Source of the DNA: a virus
Taxonomy: Duplodnaviria > Heunggongvirae > Uroviricota > Caudoviricetes
Virus record (IMG/VR): IMGVR_UViG_3300042484_000872
Coordinates: 1 to 48,337 of that record
Direction: 5' to 3' (one strand)
Length of the DNA: 48,337 nucleotides
Positions 34,946 to 44,258 of this stretch are shown here, piece by piece; positions within the stretch are counted from its first letter, which is position 1, and the number at the start of each line of letters is the position of its first letter. The position numbers and the translations under genes were made by a program. Under the pieces are notes generated by a model. The model made no database searches. It was not told the origin of the DNA and worked only from the letters and a program-made list of their open reading frames with translations.

Positions 34946-37645
34946 TTATTTATTTTGAGTTTGGTTTTGTAAATATATCATATACAAATTTTCTAAATCT
35001 TTTGGTGAGGTTGTTTTGAATATAGTATCTATCATACCTTCTTCTTTAGCAATTGCACCACCATACATAGTAATCCAACGATTTTCTCCTGGAGGTTTAA
35101 CATAATTAACAAGTCTATATCCTCCCGATGATTTTACAGCATCTGCACGATATCCCCAACCTGCTCTAGTCACTTCTGGATTAACTTCATTTGCTTGGAA
35201 ATAAGAAGTAGTCCATGCTTTAGGTGAACTAGGTCCATATATAGAATTAGTAGATTTTGTTTTGTCATTCATGTTAATTAAATCTTGAACAGGCTTCTCT
35301 TCATAACTTGTAAGGTTTAAACCTGTAAACTGTTGCAATTCATCATGATTAACATTAGTGATAGTATGTTTAACTCCTTTTGCATCTTTTACAATTATAC
35401 TTCCAGTCCATTCCTCTTTAGCATTAGTAGGTTTTTTACCTGTCCATGATATAGATGTTGGATTAGCCAAAGCAGCTTGAACAGTTTCTTCTGTATCTCC
35501 TTTTCCATAACTTCTCATACCAACACTTAAATATGAAGATACATTAGCTACAGATGCTTTAATTTGATCTGCAGTAAACATAGGAAGACTTCCACCTTTC
35601 ACATCTGTAACACCAACTATCTTACTTAATTTTTCATTAAATAATTCATTAGCTTTTGATAATGTAGCAGCATGTTTAGTTCTATCATCATCACCTTTAT
35701 CATAATTATAAGTTTCTCTATATATAGAACTTGTCATACCTGGAGGTAAATTATGCCAATTCTGAATTATCTTTAATTGATTAGGTGTAAGATTATCTCT
35801 TAATTCAGTATCTGGAAAATTAGGATTTGCTAATGCTTGATGTGTTAATGCCCATTGTATTTTATCAGCTGTAAAACTTACCATATCTTTTGGTTCTAAA
35901 ACAAGTTTAGTCCCATTAACATTAAAGTTTAAAGTCTTTTTACCATTTAATAATTTAGTCAATGATTCATCTACTCCAGCTTCTTTATCAGCAGCTATTT
36001 CTGCAGCCTTACTCATTGTCATTTTATTCTTTAGAGTTTTAGAAGTGGTAGTATATTCATTCAATTCATCTTCTAAATTAGGAGGTGGTTTTAATCCAAG
36101 CTCAGCATATTTATTTTTTATATTAACAGCCCATCTATCTAAATATTGTTCAGGAGTTATTCCTTGTTTAGTAGCATAATTTTTTACATTTGCTAATATA
36201 GATTCATCTGTAAGATTATAATCATTTTTATTTGCTCTAATAAGATCAGCATACATTGTAAATGCAATATCTCCTTTTGCACTAGTTAATGTAGATATAT
36301 CTTCTTTCATCATATTAACTGCAGAAACTTTATCTCCAGGAACATTTCCTGCAAATAAAGGAGCATTAGCATCTATTGTACCTACTTTCTTTTTAGTTGT
36401 TGTTGTATCTTTTTTATAAATTTCACCTGTAACAGGATCTACACCATAATTACCTTCAAATTCCATCCAAGCTCTTTTATCTCCAGACTTAGCAATAGCT
36501 AGTGTTTGATTTTGATAAGCTATTTTATTTTTTTCTTGTAAGGTATTAAATGCCATTGTGTCTCTCCAATTCTGTTGTTGCAAAGCTTCGTTAGTACCAT
36601 ATTCACGTGACTTAGTTTCTTTAACAAATTGATTTATCAAGTTTTGTTTTACATCTTTTGCATAGAAGTTTTGTTTAAATTCTTCAGGACTACCTTGAGC
36701 TTGTTCTGTTAATGATGTAAATGTATTATTATTACTTAATATAGATGCTTCTATCTCAGTACTTGCTTTTGTATAAGCTTCTCTTTGTTCTGGTGATAAA
36801 TTTGTAGCAGTTAATAAAGATGAAATTTCTAATGATTGAGATTGTAATCTTTCATTCTCTTCATCATATTGTGTTTTTAAAGGTTCTAGTAATGTTGTAG
36901 CTTCTGTATCTTTATATCTAGCCCAACCATCAATTCCTAATTGTTGTCTAACATCACCTTGGCTCATTACATTATTTATAGCAGCTAATACAGCTGGTTT
37001 GTTTGTAACAAGTTTATCAATAGTTTTTGCATCAGCATATGTATATTTTCCATTAGTAATAACTGGTTTACCATCATCACCAGTAACAAATATTTCTTGT
37101 GCTACATTAGCACTTTCTCCTGCACCTACAAGAGCTTCTTGTAACTTCTTAACAATGTTTGTGTATGGAACATAATCAGCACTGAACTTAGCTTTTACAT
37201 TTTTATCATTAATATATTCTGAAGCAAACTTATCATAATAGTCATCATTGTTTTTATCTGTTAATCCCTTTTTTGATAACTCTTCTCTCTTCTTATACCC
37301 TGCTCTTAATTTAGATGTAGAACTCACTGCATTTATAACGTCTTCATCTTTAACTATTTGCTTAGTCATTCCATTAACAGAATTAACTAAAGAGAAATCT
37401 GAGAAATCTCCAGCAGCTACAAATTTTAGATTATTACCAAGAGTGTTAAGTTTAGATTGTAGATACTTCTGTTGAACAGGATTAGCAATATCTAGTCCTG
37501 CAACATTATCTATATTTGTTTGTATTCTTTGTACTCCTTCTTCGTACTTCTGTTGTTTGTACATACCAACCTTCAACATAGCTTCTACAGGAAGTTGTTG
37601 TACGTAAGGATTAAAGGTTGGGATTTTGTCTGTATATGAAGCCAT
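34946..37645 (-). CDS. Virion cargo/ejection protein
   Basis: 899 aa, helical; directly upstream of the RNAP as in crAss-like ejection-protein clusters. Confidence 0.65.
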   Translation of the reverse strand: MASYTDKIPTFNPYVQQLPVEAMLKVGMYKQQKYEEGVQRIQTNIDNVAGLDIANPVQQKYLQSKLNTLGNNLKFVAAGDFSDFSLVNSVNGMTKQIVKDEDVINAVSSTSKLRAGYKKREELSKKGLTDKNNDDYYDKFASEYINDKNVKAKFSADYVPYTNIVKKLQEALVGAGESANVAQEIFVTGDDGKPVITNGKYTYADAKTIDKLVTNKPAVLAAINNVMSQGDVRQQLGIDGWARYKDTEATTLLEPLKTQYDEENERLQSQSLEISSLLTATNLSPEQREAYTKASTEIEASILSNNNTFTSLTEQAQGSPEEFKQNFYAKDVKQNLINQFVKETKSREYGTNEALQQQNWRDTMAFNTLQEKNKIAYQNQTLAIAKSGDKRAWMEFEGNYGVDPVTGEIYKKDTTTTKKKVGTIDANAPLFAGNVPGDKVSAVNMMKEDISTLTSAKGDIAFTMYADLIRANKNDYNLTDESILANVKNYATKQGITPEQYLDRWAVNIKNKYAELGLKPPPNLEDELNEYTTTSKTLKNKMTMSKAAEIAADKEAGVDESLTKLLNGKKTLNFNVNGTKLVLEPKDMVSFTADKIQWALTHQALANPNFPDTELRDNLTPNQLKIIQNWHNLPPGMTSSIYRETYNYDKGDDDRTKHAATLSKANELFNEKLSKIVGVTDVKGGSLPMFTADQIKASVANVSSYLSVGMRSYGKGDTEETVQAALANPTSISWTGKKPTNAKEEWTGSIIVKDAKGVKHTITNVNHDELQQFTGLNLTSYEEKPVQDLINMNDKTKSTNSIYGPSSPKAWTTSYFQANEVNPEVTRAGWGYRADAVKSSGGYRLVNYVKPPGENRWITMYGGAIAKEEGMIDTIFKTTSPKDLENLYMIYLQNQTQNK

Positions 37646-37660
37646 AGTGTATTAGTTAAG

Positions 37661-37691
37661 CAAATATAATATGAATTATTAGATTATACAA
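37661..37691 (-). promoter_or_regulatory. Bacteroidota housekeeping-sigma promoter for the cargo/RNAP operon
   Basis: On the - strand: TTG, 20-nt spacer, TATATTTG(C), 16 nt upstream of ATG 37645. Confidence 0.72.
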
Positions 37692-37733
37692 TGTTGTATA
37701 ATAAGTTTTGTTAATTCTTTATAATTAAATTAG

Positions 37734-40700
37734 TTATAAATTTTTGTATGCTCTTACGACAGAGCTATTCTTGTGATTCTTTTTAATAGAAGATCCATTT
37801 TTATTTTTGATTCCTCCAACTGCTTCTAATGCATCATCTGATGAATCATCTGATTTATCTGTAGCTTTTTTCCAAGCAATTGGTGTACCATTTTTATCCC
37901 AACGTGTAGCTTCAAGTCCTGCTATATCTTGATTACCTTTTGCTTTAGCTCCACCTGCTTCTGTATCAAAGAATTGAAGAGGGTTCCAGTTATCAGCTCT
38001 ATTATCTTTACCAAATCTATAGTTGTACATATTTTCATATATACCTAATGTTTTGTTTTCAAGTTTGTTCTTAGCATATTTATCAGAGATAGAATTAAGA
38101 GCAGCTTGTGTTGTAGCTTTTGTATTAGATAAAGCTTCTGCTTGTCTTCCATATTGTCTATCAAATATTTCAAGGTTTTTAAGTTTAGAATCATTTAGAA
38201 TGTTTCTATTCTCTCCATACACTTTATCCTTCATAGCTTGATTAGCTCTGAACTGTTCTCCTAACACTCCTTGGTTAGCTTGATATTTCTGAGCATTCAA
38301 TTGTGCTTGGGCTGCTGGATTATATCCTACCATTCTTTGTGTTGCTCTATAATCTGCTTGGTTAGCATTTAATTGATCTTGGAATGATATATCATAAGGA
38401 ATACTAAGATCAGGTTGGAATCCTTGTGCAGGCACAGGTTCTAATTGATTAGTAGCAAGAGCATACATCTCTGGATAAAGTTGAGCAGCATCTAATTCTT
38501 CTTGATCAGAAGGTCTTAAATATTTCATTGCTTGATTAGCATACCCCATCCACCAAGGATATTTATTTTTTGTTTCTACTGAAGATGTTTCAGCGGCAGG
38601 AACAATTGCTGTTAACTCTTCTTCAGTTTGAATAGGTTCTGATTGTTTAGCTAAGTTTAATCTAGCACTTACAGTTTGTTCTCCAAAATCACTATCAGGT
38701 TTTACATAAGCTGATGAACCTACTTCTTTGGCTTTAGCATTAAACGCTTCTTGATATCTTTTTACATCAGCTTTATTTTTAGGATCAAATCCAGACCAAT
38801 TAAACCAAGAGTTAGCTTTCTTAGTTTCTTCAAATGCTTGTGGTGTAACTTTACCATGTAAACCTGTTGAAGGATCATATTTTTGACCTTTTGGAATTTC
38901 TTTTAATGCCTCTGCAGATTTTTGCTCAGATTCTTTATTAGAAAACTTTTTTATAGTTCTTTTATACTCTTTAGTCTTACCATCAGCTAAATATTTACCA
39001 GTCCATTTATATCCTTTTGCAATAGCATCAGCATCACTTGTAAATGATGTTGGAGGACTAGTTGTATCTGTTGTAACTGTTTTACCTTCTGCAGCTTTAC
39101 TTATTGCATCACCCCATCGTGCTTCTCTTGTTTGCATAGCTTCTTTATCTATTTTTACTTTACCTCTTGCAAGATCATCTGCAACTAAACCATTTTCTTC
39201 TGCTGTATCATTGATAGCATTTTGAAGAGAAGCTGCGTTTATCTTTTTATCAGCTATATCTTTAAGTTTCATATTAGCTCCTTGTATGTTAGCTTGTAAT
39301 GCTGTCATTTTAAGTTTATCAAATGATGTCAATGGTGTAAATCCATTTAACTCATTAGTTGATTTCTCTATAAGTTTATTTTGCTTAGCTTCTGTTTTAG
39401 AAAGATCAGCTACATAGTTTTTAAACTTCTTACCCTTAGCAGATTTATCTCCTAGCATATCTATATATTGATTAGGTATTTTTAAGTTACCAAATACTAC
39501 ACCAGACTTTTGTACTTCTCCTGTTTGAGGATCCACTGTACCACCTTCTTCTAATTCAACCATAGGTTCTCCTCTTTCAACTTCTACTGGATTACCACCA
39601 TAAGTTACACCAATACCTGTTTCTCCATTAGGAGATCTCTCTTCATGACTCTTACCTCTAAACATAACTGTTTCTCCTGTACCTGGTAGGTAAGGATTAT
39701 GTGAAAGAGTTTCAGCTCCTCCACCCCAATGTGTTTGTAACTCTCCACCTAATCCATATGATTTAATTCCTCCACCATCTTCATAAGTTTCCATAGCTCT
39801 TTCACTTGGAGGATTGTATGATTTTAAATGTCCACCAGCTCTGTATTGATCTTTATGTGCATAATCAGCAAAGTCTTGAGAATCATGATCTCCAAACATT
39901 GTAATCACTTGTGGGTTATATTCAGGATTCATGTATCCACCATCTTTCATATATGATTGATTCTGTCCTTGTAATCCTTTTGCAGCACTTCCCAATGACA
40001 TTGCTATAATATTACGTTGTGTAGCTTCTTGAGCCTTCTTCATTTTTTTACTATTTGTATCTAAGGCATTACCTATCATACCTCCAGCAAACTGTCCAAT
40101 CATTCCTCCAACAGGACCACCAATAGCTGTTCCTGCAGTTTGTCCAATTGTACCTCCTATTTGACCACCAGCATTTTGACCACCCATAAATGATTGTCCT
40201 AATCCTGTAGCTGTACTTCCAATTTGCCCATACATATCTGGAGACATTCCACCACCATCTTGCATGTTATGTAATCTACCACCATGATAAAAAGACTTAA
40301 CTTGATTTGGATTAGTTAATGGTTCATATCCACCATCTGTGTATATGTCATATCCATTACTATATGTATTTTGTATCTCTGTTGGATTACCACCTATACC
40401 TCCACCATCTTGTAATCTAACACCATTTCTAGCAAGAACATTTGTTCCAACACCATATACAGGAAAGAATGCAGAACCAGAATTTATATTATCTTCTGGA
40501 CGCATGTATTTTCTTTGTGTATTTTTATCTACATCTTCTGTTTCAGATGCTTGTCTTGTTACATTACTTATAGCCAAGTTTTGTTCAGCTGCTTTTCTAG
40601 CTCTTCGTTCTCCTCTTAATGCTTGATATCCACTTGCTAAATTACCAACAGGACCTGCATATTTTCCTACAGCATCCATAAATCCTCCACCACCACCTTG

Positions 40701-41288
40701 TTTACCTCCAGTGTTAGGTCCACCTTGAAAAGCATAACCATCATATTGACCTCCTTGATTTTGTAATTGGTCATCATTTAATGATATAGTACCAGGAGTA
40801 TATCCTTCTTGTGGAATACCTGGTTGATTAAACATACTTCCTTGCCATGATCCACCTTGTTGTGCTCTAGGAATATTAGTTCCATATCTAGCACCTCCTA
40901 AAGAAGAAAGCATTCCGCTCATTTCTCCTCCACCTTCACTACCACCTTCACCACCACCACCTAACATACTCATTATGGAACTAAGTCCACCTCCTTCACT
41001 ACCACTTGCTTCACTTTGTTGAGGAGCATTTTCTTGTTGTGCTAATTGTATAGCTCGTCTTTCAGCATCTGTTGATCCTGTAATTAACTTATCGCTATCA
41101 TCAATATACTCTTGTAGATTTATTGGATTAAATGAATTAATGTTTCCTGCATTATTTAAAGATGCACCTATCTGAGCTTTCTTAAACTCTTTACCATGCA
41201 CCTTCATGAATGCTTCTTCTGATGGATATTTTTTGTAAAAGCTTTTCTCATCTTTTACTTTTGCTATTTTTAAAATCTCTGCTTTCAT
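37734..41288 (-). CDS. Virion cargo protein with many xxxGG motifs and a glycine zipper
   Basis: 1184 aa; GKSHE...EVERGE motif, GGQIGGTIGQTAGTAIGGPVGG zipper, Gln-rich C-terminal half. Confidence 0.7.
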   Translation of the reverse strand: MKAEILKIAKVKDEKSFYKKYPSEEAFMKVHGKEFKKAQIGASLNNAGNINSFNPINLQEYIDDSDKLITGSTDAERRAIQLAQQENAPQQSEASGSEGGGLSSIMSMLGGGGEGGSEGGGEMSGMLSSLGGARYGTNIPRAQQGGSWQGSMFNQPGIPQEGYTPGTISLNDDQLQNQGGQYDGYAFQGGPNTGGKQGGGGGFMDAVGKYAGPVGNLASGYQALRGERRARKAAEQNLAISNVTRQASETEDVDKNTQRKYMRPEDNINSGSAFFPVYGVGTNVLARNGVRLQDGGGIGGNPTEIQNTYSNGYDIYTDGGYEPLTNPNQVKSFYHGGRLHNMQDGGGMSPDMYGQIGSTATGLGQSFMGGQNAGGQIGGTIGQTAGTAIGGPVGGMIGQFAGGMIGNALDTNSKKMKKAQEATQRNIIAMSLGSAAKGLQGQNQSYMKDGGYMNPEYNPQVITMFGDHDSQDFADYAHKDQYRAGGHLKSYNPPSERAMETYEDGGGIKSYGLGGELQTHWGGGAETLSHNPYLPGTGETVMFRGKSHEERSPNGETGIGVTYGGNPVEVERGEPMVELEEGGTVDPQTGEVQKSGVVFGNLKIPNQYIDMLGDKSAKGKKFKNYVADLSKTEAKQNKLIEKSTNELNGFTPLTSFDKLKMTALQANIQGANMKLKDIADKKINAASLQNAINDTAEENGLVADDLARGKVKIDKEAMQTREARWGDAISKAAEGKTVTTDTTSPPTSFTSDADAIAKGYKWTGKYLADGKTKEYKRTIKKFSNKESEQKSAEALKEIPKGQKYDPSTGLHGKVTPQAFEETKKANSWFNWSGFDPKNKADVKRYQEAFNAKAKEVGSSAYVKPDSDFGEQTVSARLNLAKQSEPIQTEEELTAIVPAAETSSVETKNKYPWWMGYANQAMKYLRPSDQEELDAAQLYPEMYALATNQLEPVPAQGFQPDLSIPYDISFQDQLNANQADYRATQRMVGYNPAAQAQLNAQKYQANQGVLGEQFRANQAMKDKVYGENRNILNDSKLKNLEIFDRQYGRQAEALSNTKATTQAALNSISDKYAKNKLENKTLGIYENMYNYRFGKDNRADNWNPLQFFDTEAGGAKAKGNQDIAGLEATRWDKNGTPIAWKKATDKSDDSSDDALEAVGGIKNKNGSSIKKNHKNSSVVRAYKNL

Positions 41289-41289
41289 A

Positions 41290-42849
41290 TTAATTATATT
41301 TGTTTAACCATCCACCGACAGTTGGTTTATTGTAATTGGTAAAGTTAGTTAGATTATCTAGATTCTGCAAACCTTTCTGTTCTTGTCTTAATCCATTCTT
41401 AGCCATAGGATATTCAGTTACCTTCTTTCCTTTGAACTTATAGTTCTTTCCTGGTTTCATCATTTTTACATCTCCTGTATCTGATACACCAAGGACATCA
41501 TAAGGAACTCCTTCCATTGTAATGTCATTAGAATTGATTTCTGTTATCTCTCCTGGATGATCCCATTGTCCTCTATCATCTTTAATAACTTCTTTATCTT
41601 CATATTTAGATAACCAAGATCCATTCTTACTAATAGTCTTAGGTTGATAATCTAATCCATTCTGATAGTATTGCATCTCTTTACCATTCTGTGCACTAGC
41701 CATTGTTTTCTTTGCATACTTCCCATTACTAGGAGCAGCTCTTTGTGTACGTGCATATGAGAAACCTACAGCTCCTGGAATAGAAGCACCCATTGCTGCT
41801 TCAGGAACATAATTAACTGGATAAACAGATCCACCCATTTGATAGTGTGGAGTTATCTTTCTTGTATTATTAGGACTTTGTTCTTCTAAAGAAGATAAGT
41901 CAGATGTTCTATAATTAGTTTGATTACCAATATAGTTTGCTGAACCTTGTGTATAATCTTCTACATCATAATATTTTGGTTGTCTTACTTGTTGTCTAAT
42001 TTGTGGAAGTTCTGCTTCTATATCTAAATTACCATGTACTAATCCTTCTGGTTGTAGATTATTTTGTATTCCTTTTATAAGTTTTCTTTGTATAGGTTCA
42101 AATCTTCCTTCTCCTTCTCCTGTATGTATAGTTTTATATTGAGGAGCATTTTGATCTTTTACTATTACTTGTTGTTGTGGTTTTTTATAAAAAAAGTTAG
42201 GTTTTTTAAAATCTTCATATGTACTTCTTTCTTTTGAATATGTATCTGGAGAAAAAAAATGACTTTCTTTATATCTAGGTCCTTCTCCGTGATAGTCCTC
42301 ATATTTATAAGGTTTTATATTAGGGTTTATTGAGTTTTTAATACGCTGATCTTCTGCATTTTTTTCATCAAGAAATAATTGATTATAAGTTTTTGTTTTT
42401 GTTATTTTTTTAATTAACTTAGGGTCAACATTTTTTTCTGAATCTTTCCATTTTCCTTCAATAGGTAGATCATGTAAAAGTTTTGATATATCTTTAGTTC
42501 CTTCATACAATGAAACACTATCCTGATAAGCTTTATATCTAGGATCATTTTTTGATTCTACATATATAGGTTTAACTTTCTTTCCTTTTTGAGCATTAGG
42601 AATTTCTCCTCCTTCTTCAAACTGTCCTCCCCATGCAGGAGACTCCCATTGGGGACCATTGAAAGTTCCTTCACCAACAAACCCTGGGGGTAAACTTACT
42701 TTAGAATCATTATAATTATCTAACCATCCTCCGTTCTTCATGTTGTTAGAATTATCTCTACCACATTCATGACATATGTACATATCCTTCTTACTAGAAT
42801 CAGATTTGTCCCATGACCATCCACATGTGCATTTTACTTTACTAGCCAT
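41290..42849 (-). CDS. Virion (internal head) protein with N-terminal Zn ribbon and repeated GxWLxxY motifs
   Basis: CTC...CHEC; MKNGGWLDNY, SKNGSWLSKY, VGGWLNKY. Confidence 0.65.
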   Translation of the reverse strand: MASKVKCTCGWSWDKSDSSKKDMYICHECGRDNSNNMKNGGWLDNYNDSKVSLPPGFVGEGTFNGPQWESPAWGGQFEEGGEIPNAQKGKKVKPIYVESKNDPRYKAYQDSVSLYEGTKDISKLLHDLPIEGKWKDSEKNVDPKLIKKITKTKTYNQLFLDEKNAEDQRIKNSINPNIKPYKYEDYHGEGPRYKESHFFSPDTYSKERSTYEDFKKPNFFYKKPQQQVIVKDQNAPQYKTIHTGEGEGRFEPIQRKLIKGIQNNLQPEGLVHGNLDIEAELPQIRQQVRQPKYYDVEDYTQGSANYIGNQTNYRTSDLSSLEEQSPNNTRKITPHYQMGGSVYPVNYVPEAAMGASIPGAVGFSYARTQRAAPSNGKYAKKTMASAQNGKEMQYYQNGLDYQPKTISKNGSWLSKYEDKEVIKDDRGQWDHPGEITEINSNDITMEGVPYDVLGVSDTGDVKMMKPGKNYKFKGKKVTEYPMAKNGLRQEQKGLQNLDNLTNFTNYNKPTVGGWLNKYN

Positions 42850-42852
42850 TAC

Positions 42853-43374
42853 TTATAATGTTACGTGTTTCCAATTTCTATTTTTTATAACATGTCCAAT
42901 TAATCCAAAGCTTACATTGTATTCTTCTGCTAATTTTTGTAAAGTATATTTTCTTGGTATATACTTTTCTCGTATCTCAACTACTTGTTCTTCAGTTAGT
43001 TTAGAAAGATAATGTTTACTACCTTTAGATTTATTACCTCTACCATCTTTTATCATTTGTTGAGAGTTCATTTTTAATGTTCCCCATTGTAAATTATCTG
43101 CTTTGTTATTTCTTCTGTTATTATCTAAATGCATTACAATTGGATAATTTTCAGGATTTTCACAAAATACTTCAGCTACAAGTCTATGTATTCTCTTCAT
43201 CCATTTTTTATTATGTATATGAACTTCTACAAAATTATAATTAATATCTGCAGGAGAGTCAATGTATTCTCTTAATATTTTACCTTTATTTCTAATACCT
43301 GCAGATCTAATCTTACCAAGATTACTTGCTTCATATAAATTATTTAAACTAGGTATTGGTTTCCAATTTTCCAT
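42853..43374 (-). mobile_element. Free-standing NUMOD4-HNH homing endonuclease with C-terminal HTH
   Basis: WKPIP..NNLYEASNLGKIRS (NUMOD4); HRLVAEVF...HLDNNRRNNKADNLQW (HNH_3); SKLTEEQVVEIR...LAEEYNVS (HTH). Confidence 0.9.
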
Positions 43375-43381
43375 AAGTATT

Positions 43382-44254
43382 TTATTTATAACTTATCATA
43401 GCAGGAGTTAATATGAATTGACTTACTAGATGCGTTGTATTACTGTTGTCTAAGATATGACGAATTTTAAGCTCCTTGGCTCTTAGCGTAGCTTTCTTGA
43501 AGCTTCTAGGACCATAATCCATATTAGCTTGATTCACCACCTTATCTATAGAAAGACTTTCACAAGAATTTCTAAATAAAGGAATTTGAGAACTTATCTC
43601 TGCAGCCCAGAATGTATTGTACTGATAGAAGTTATCACTCTTAGTGTAAGTGATAGTTTTACTTTCAGTATTAAGAATAGGGTATTGCATATACGCTTGC
43701 ATGTTGTGAAGAGGTTTAGCTACAAGTTCTAATATCCCTGAACTCTGTTGTCCATTATATAGAACAGCTTTGTTAAACCATTTGTTATTTGTTTCTATTC
43801 TTGTATTGTAATTAAATACACCATCTAATATAGGAAGATATTCATATGCTTTTGTATAATCTTTTACATTCTGAAGAATCTCATCTTGGAATTGATACGC
43901 AAAAGGATATTCAATTATATATGGTTCTATGTTCCCATAGAAATAATTATATAATCTTATATTAGTTAAATGTCTCCACAGACAAGCTGTTACAGATTGT
44001 GTAAATGTTGAGTCTACAAATTGGGTTTGACTAAATGTTTCTAAAGAAAATGTTCTTATTGTATTACATTTTCCTGTAGATGTTAAAGTTAACAATTTAA
44101 CATTGTTATTCACTATATAACTTATACCACGTATCAGAGTTTTCTTAGATACATCTACAGCAATAACATCTCCATACTCAGTGGTGATAGTAAATGGACC
44201 AGCATTAGGTCCAGCCTTTGTTAATTTTATTGTTATAACTTTTGTCTTTGCCAT
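43382..44254 (-). CDS. Tail structural protein (C-terminal-part homologue of crAss-like tail stabilisation/muzzle proteins)
   Basis: LWRH...YNYFYGNIEPYIIE, FNKAVLYNGQQSSG and YQYNTFW motifs; follows the large tail gene. Confidence 0.6.
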   Translation of the reverse strand: MAKTKVITIKLTKAGPNAGPFTITTEYGDVIAVDVSKKTLIRGISYIVNNNVKLLTLTSTGKCNTIRTFSLETFSQTQFVDSTFTQSVTACLWRHLTNIRLYNYFYGNIEPYIIEYPFAYQFQDEILQNVKDYTKAYEYLPILDGVFNYNTRIETNNKWFNKAVLYNGQQSSGILELVAKPLHNMQAYMQYPILNTESKTITYTKSDNFYQYNTFWAAEISSQIPLFRNSCESLSIDKVVNQANMDYGPRSFKKATLRAKELKIRHILDNSNTTHLVSQFILTPAMISYK

Positions 44255-44258
44255 AATA

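Noticed and set aside
42853-43374. Group I intron carrying the HNH gene
   Set aside because: The ORF fills the entire insert, leaving no room for a ribozyme core, and the flanking genes are intact.
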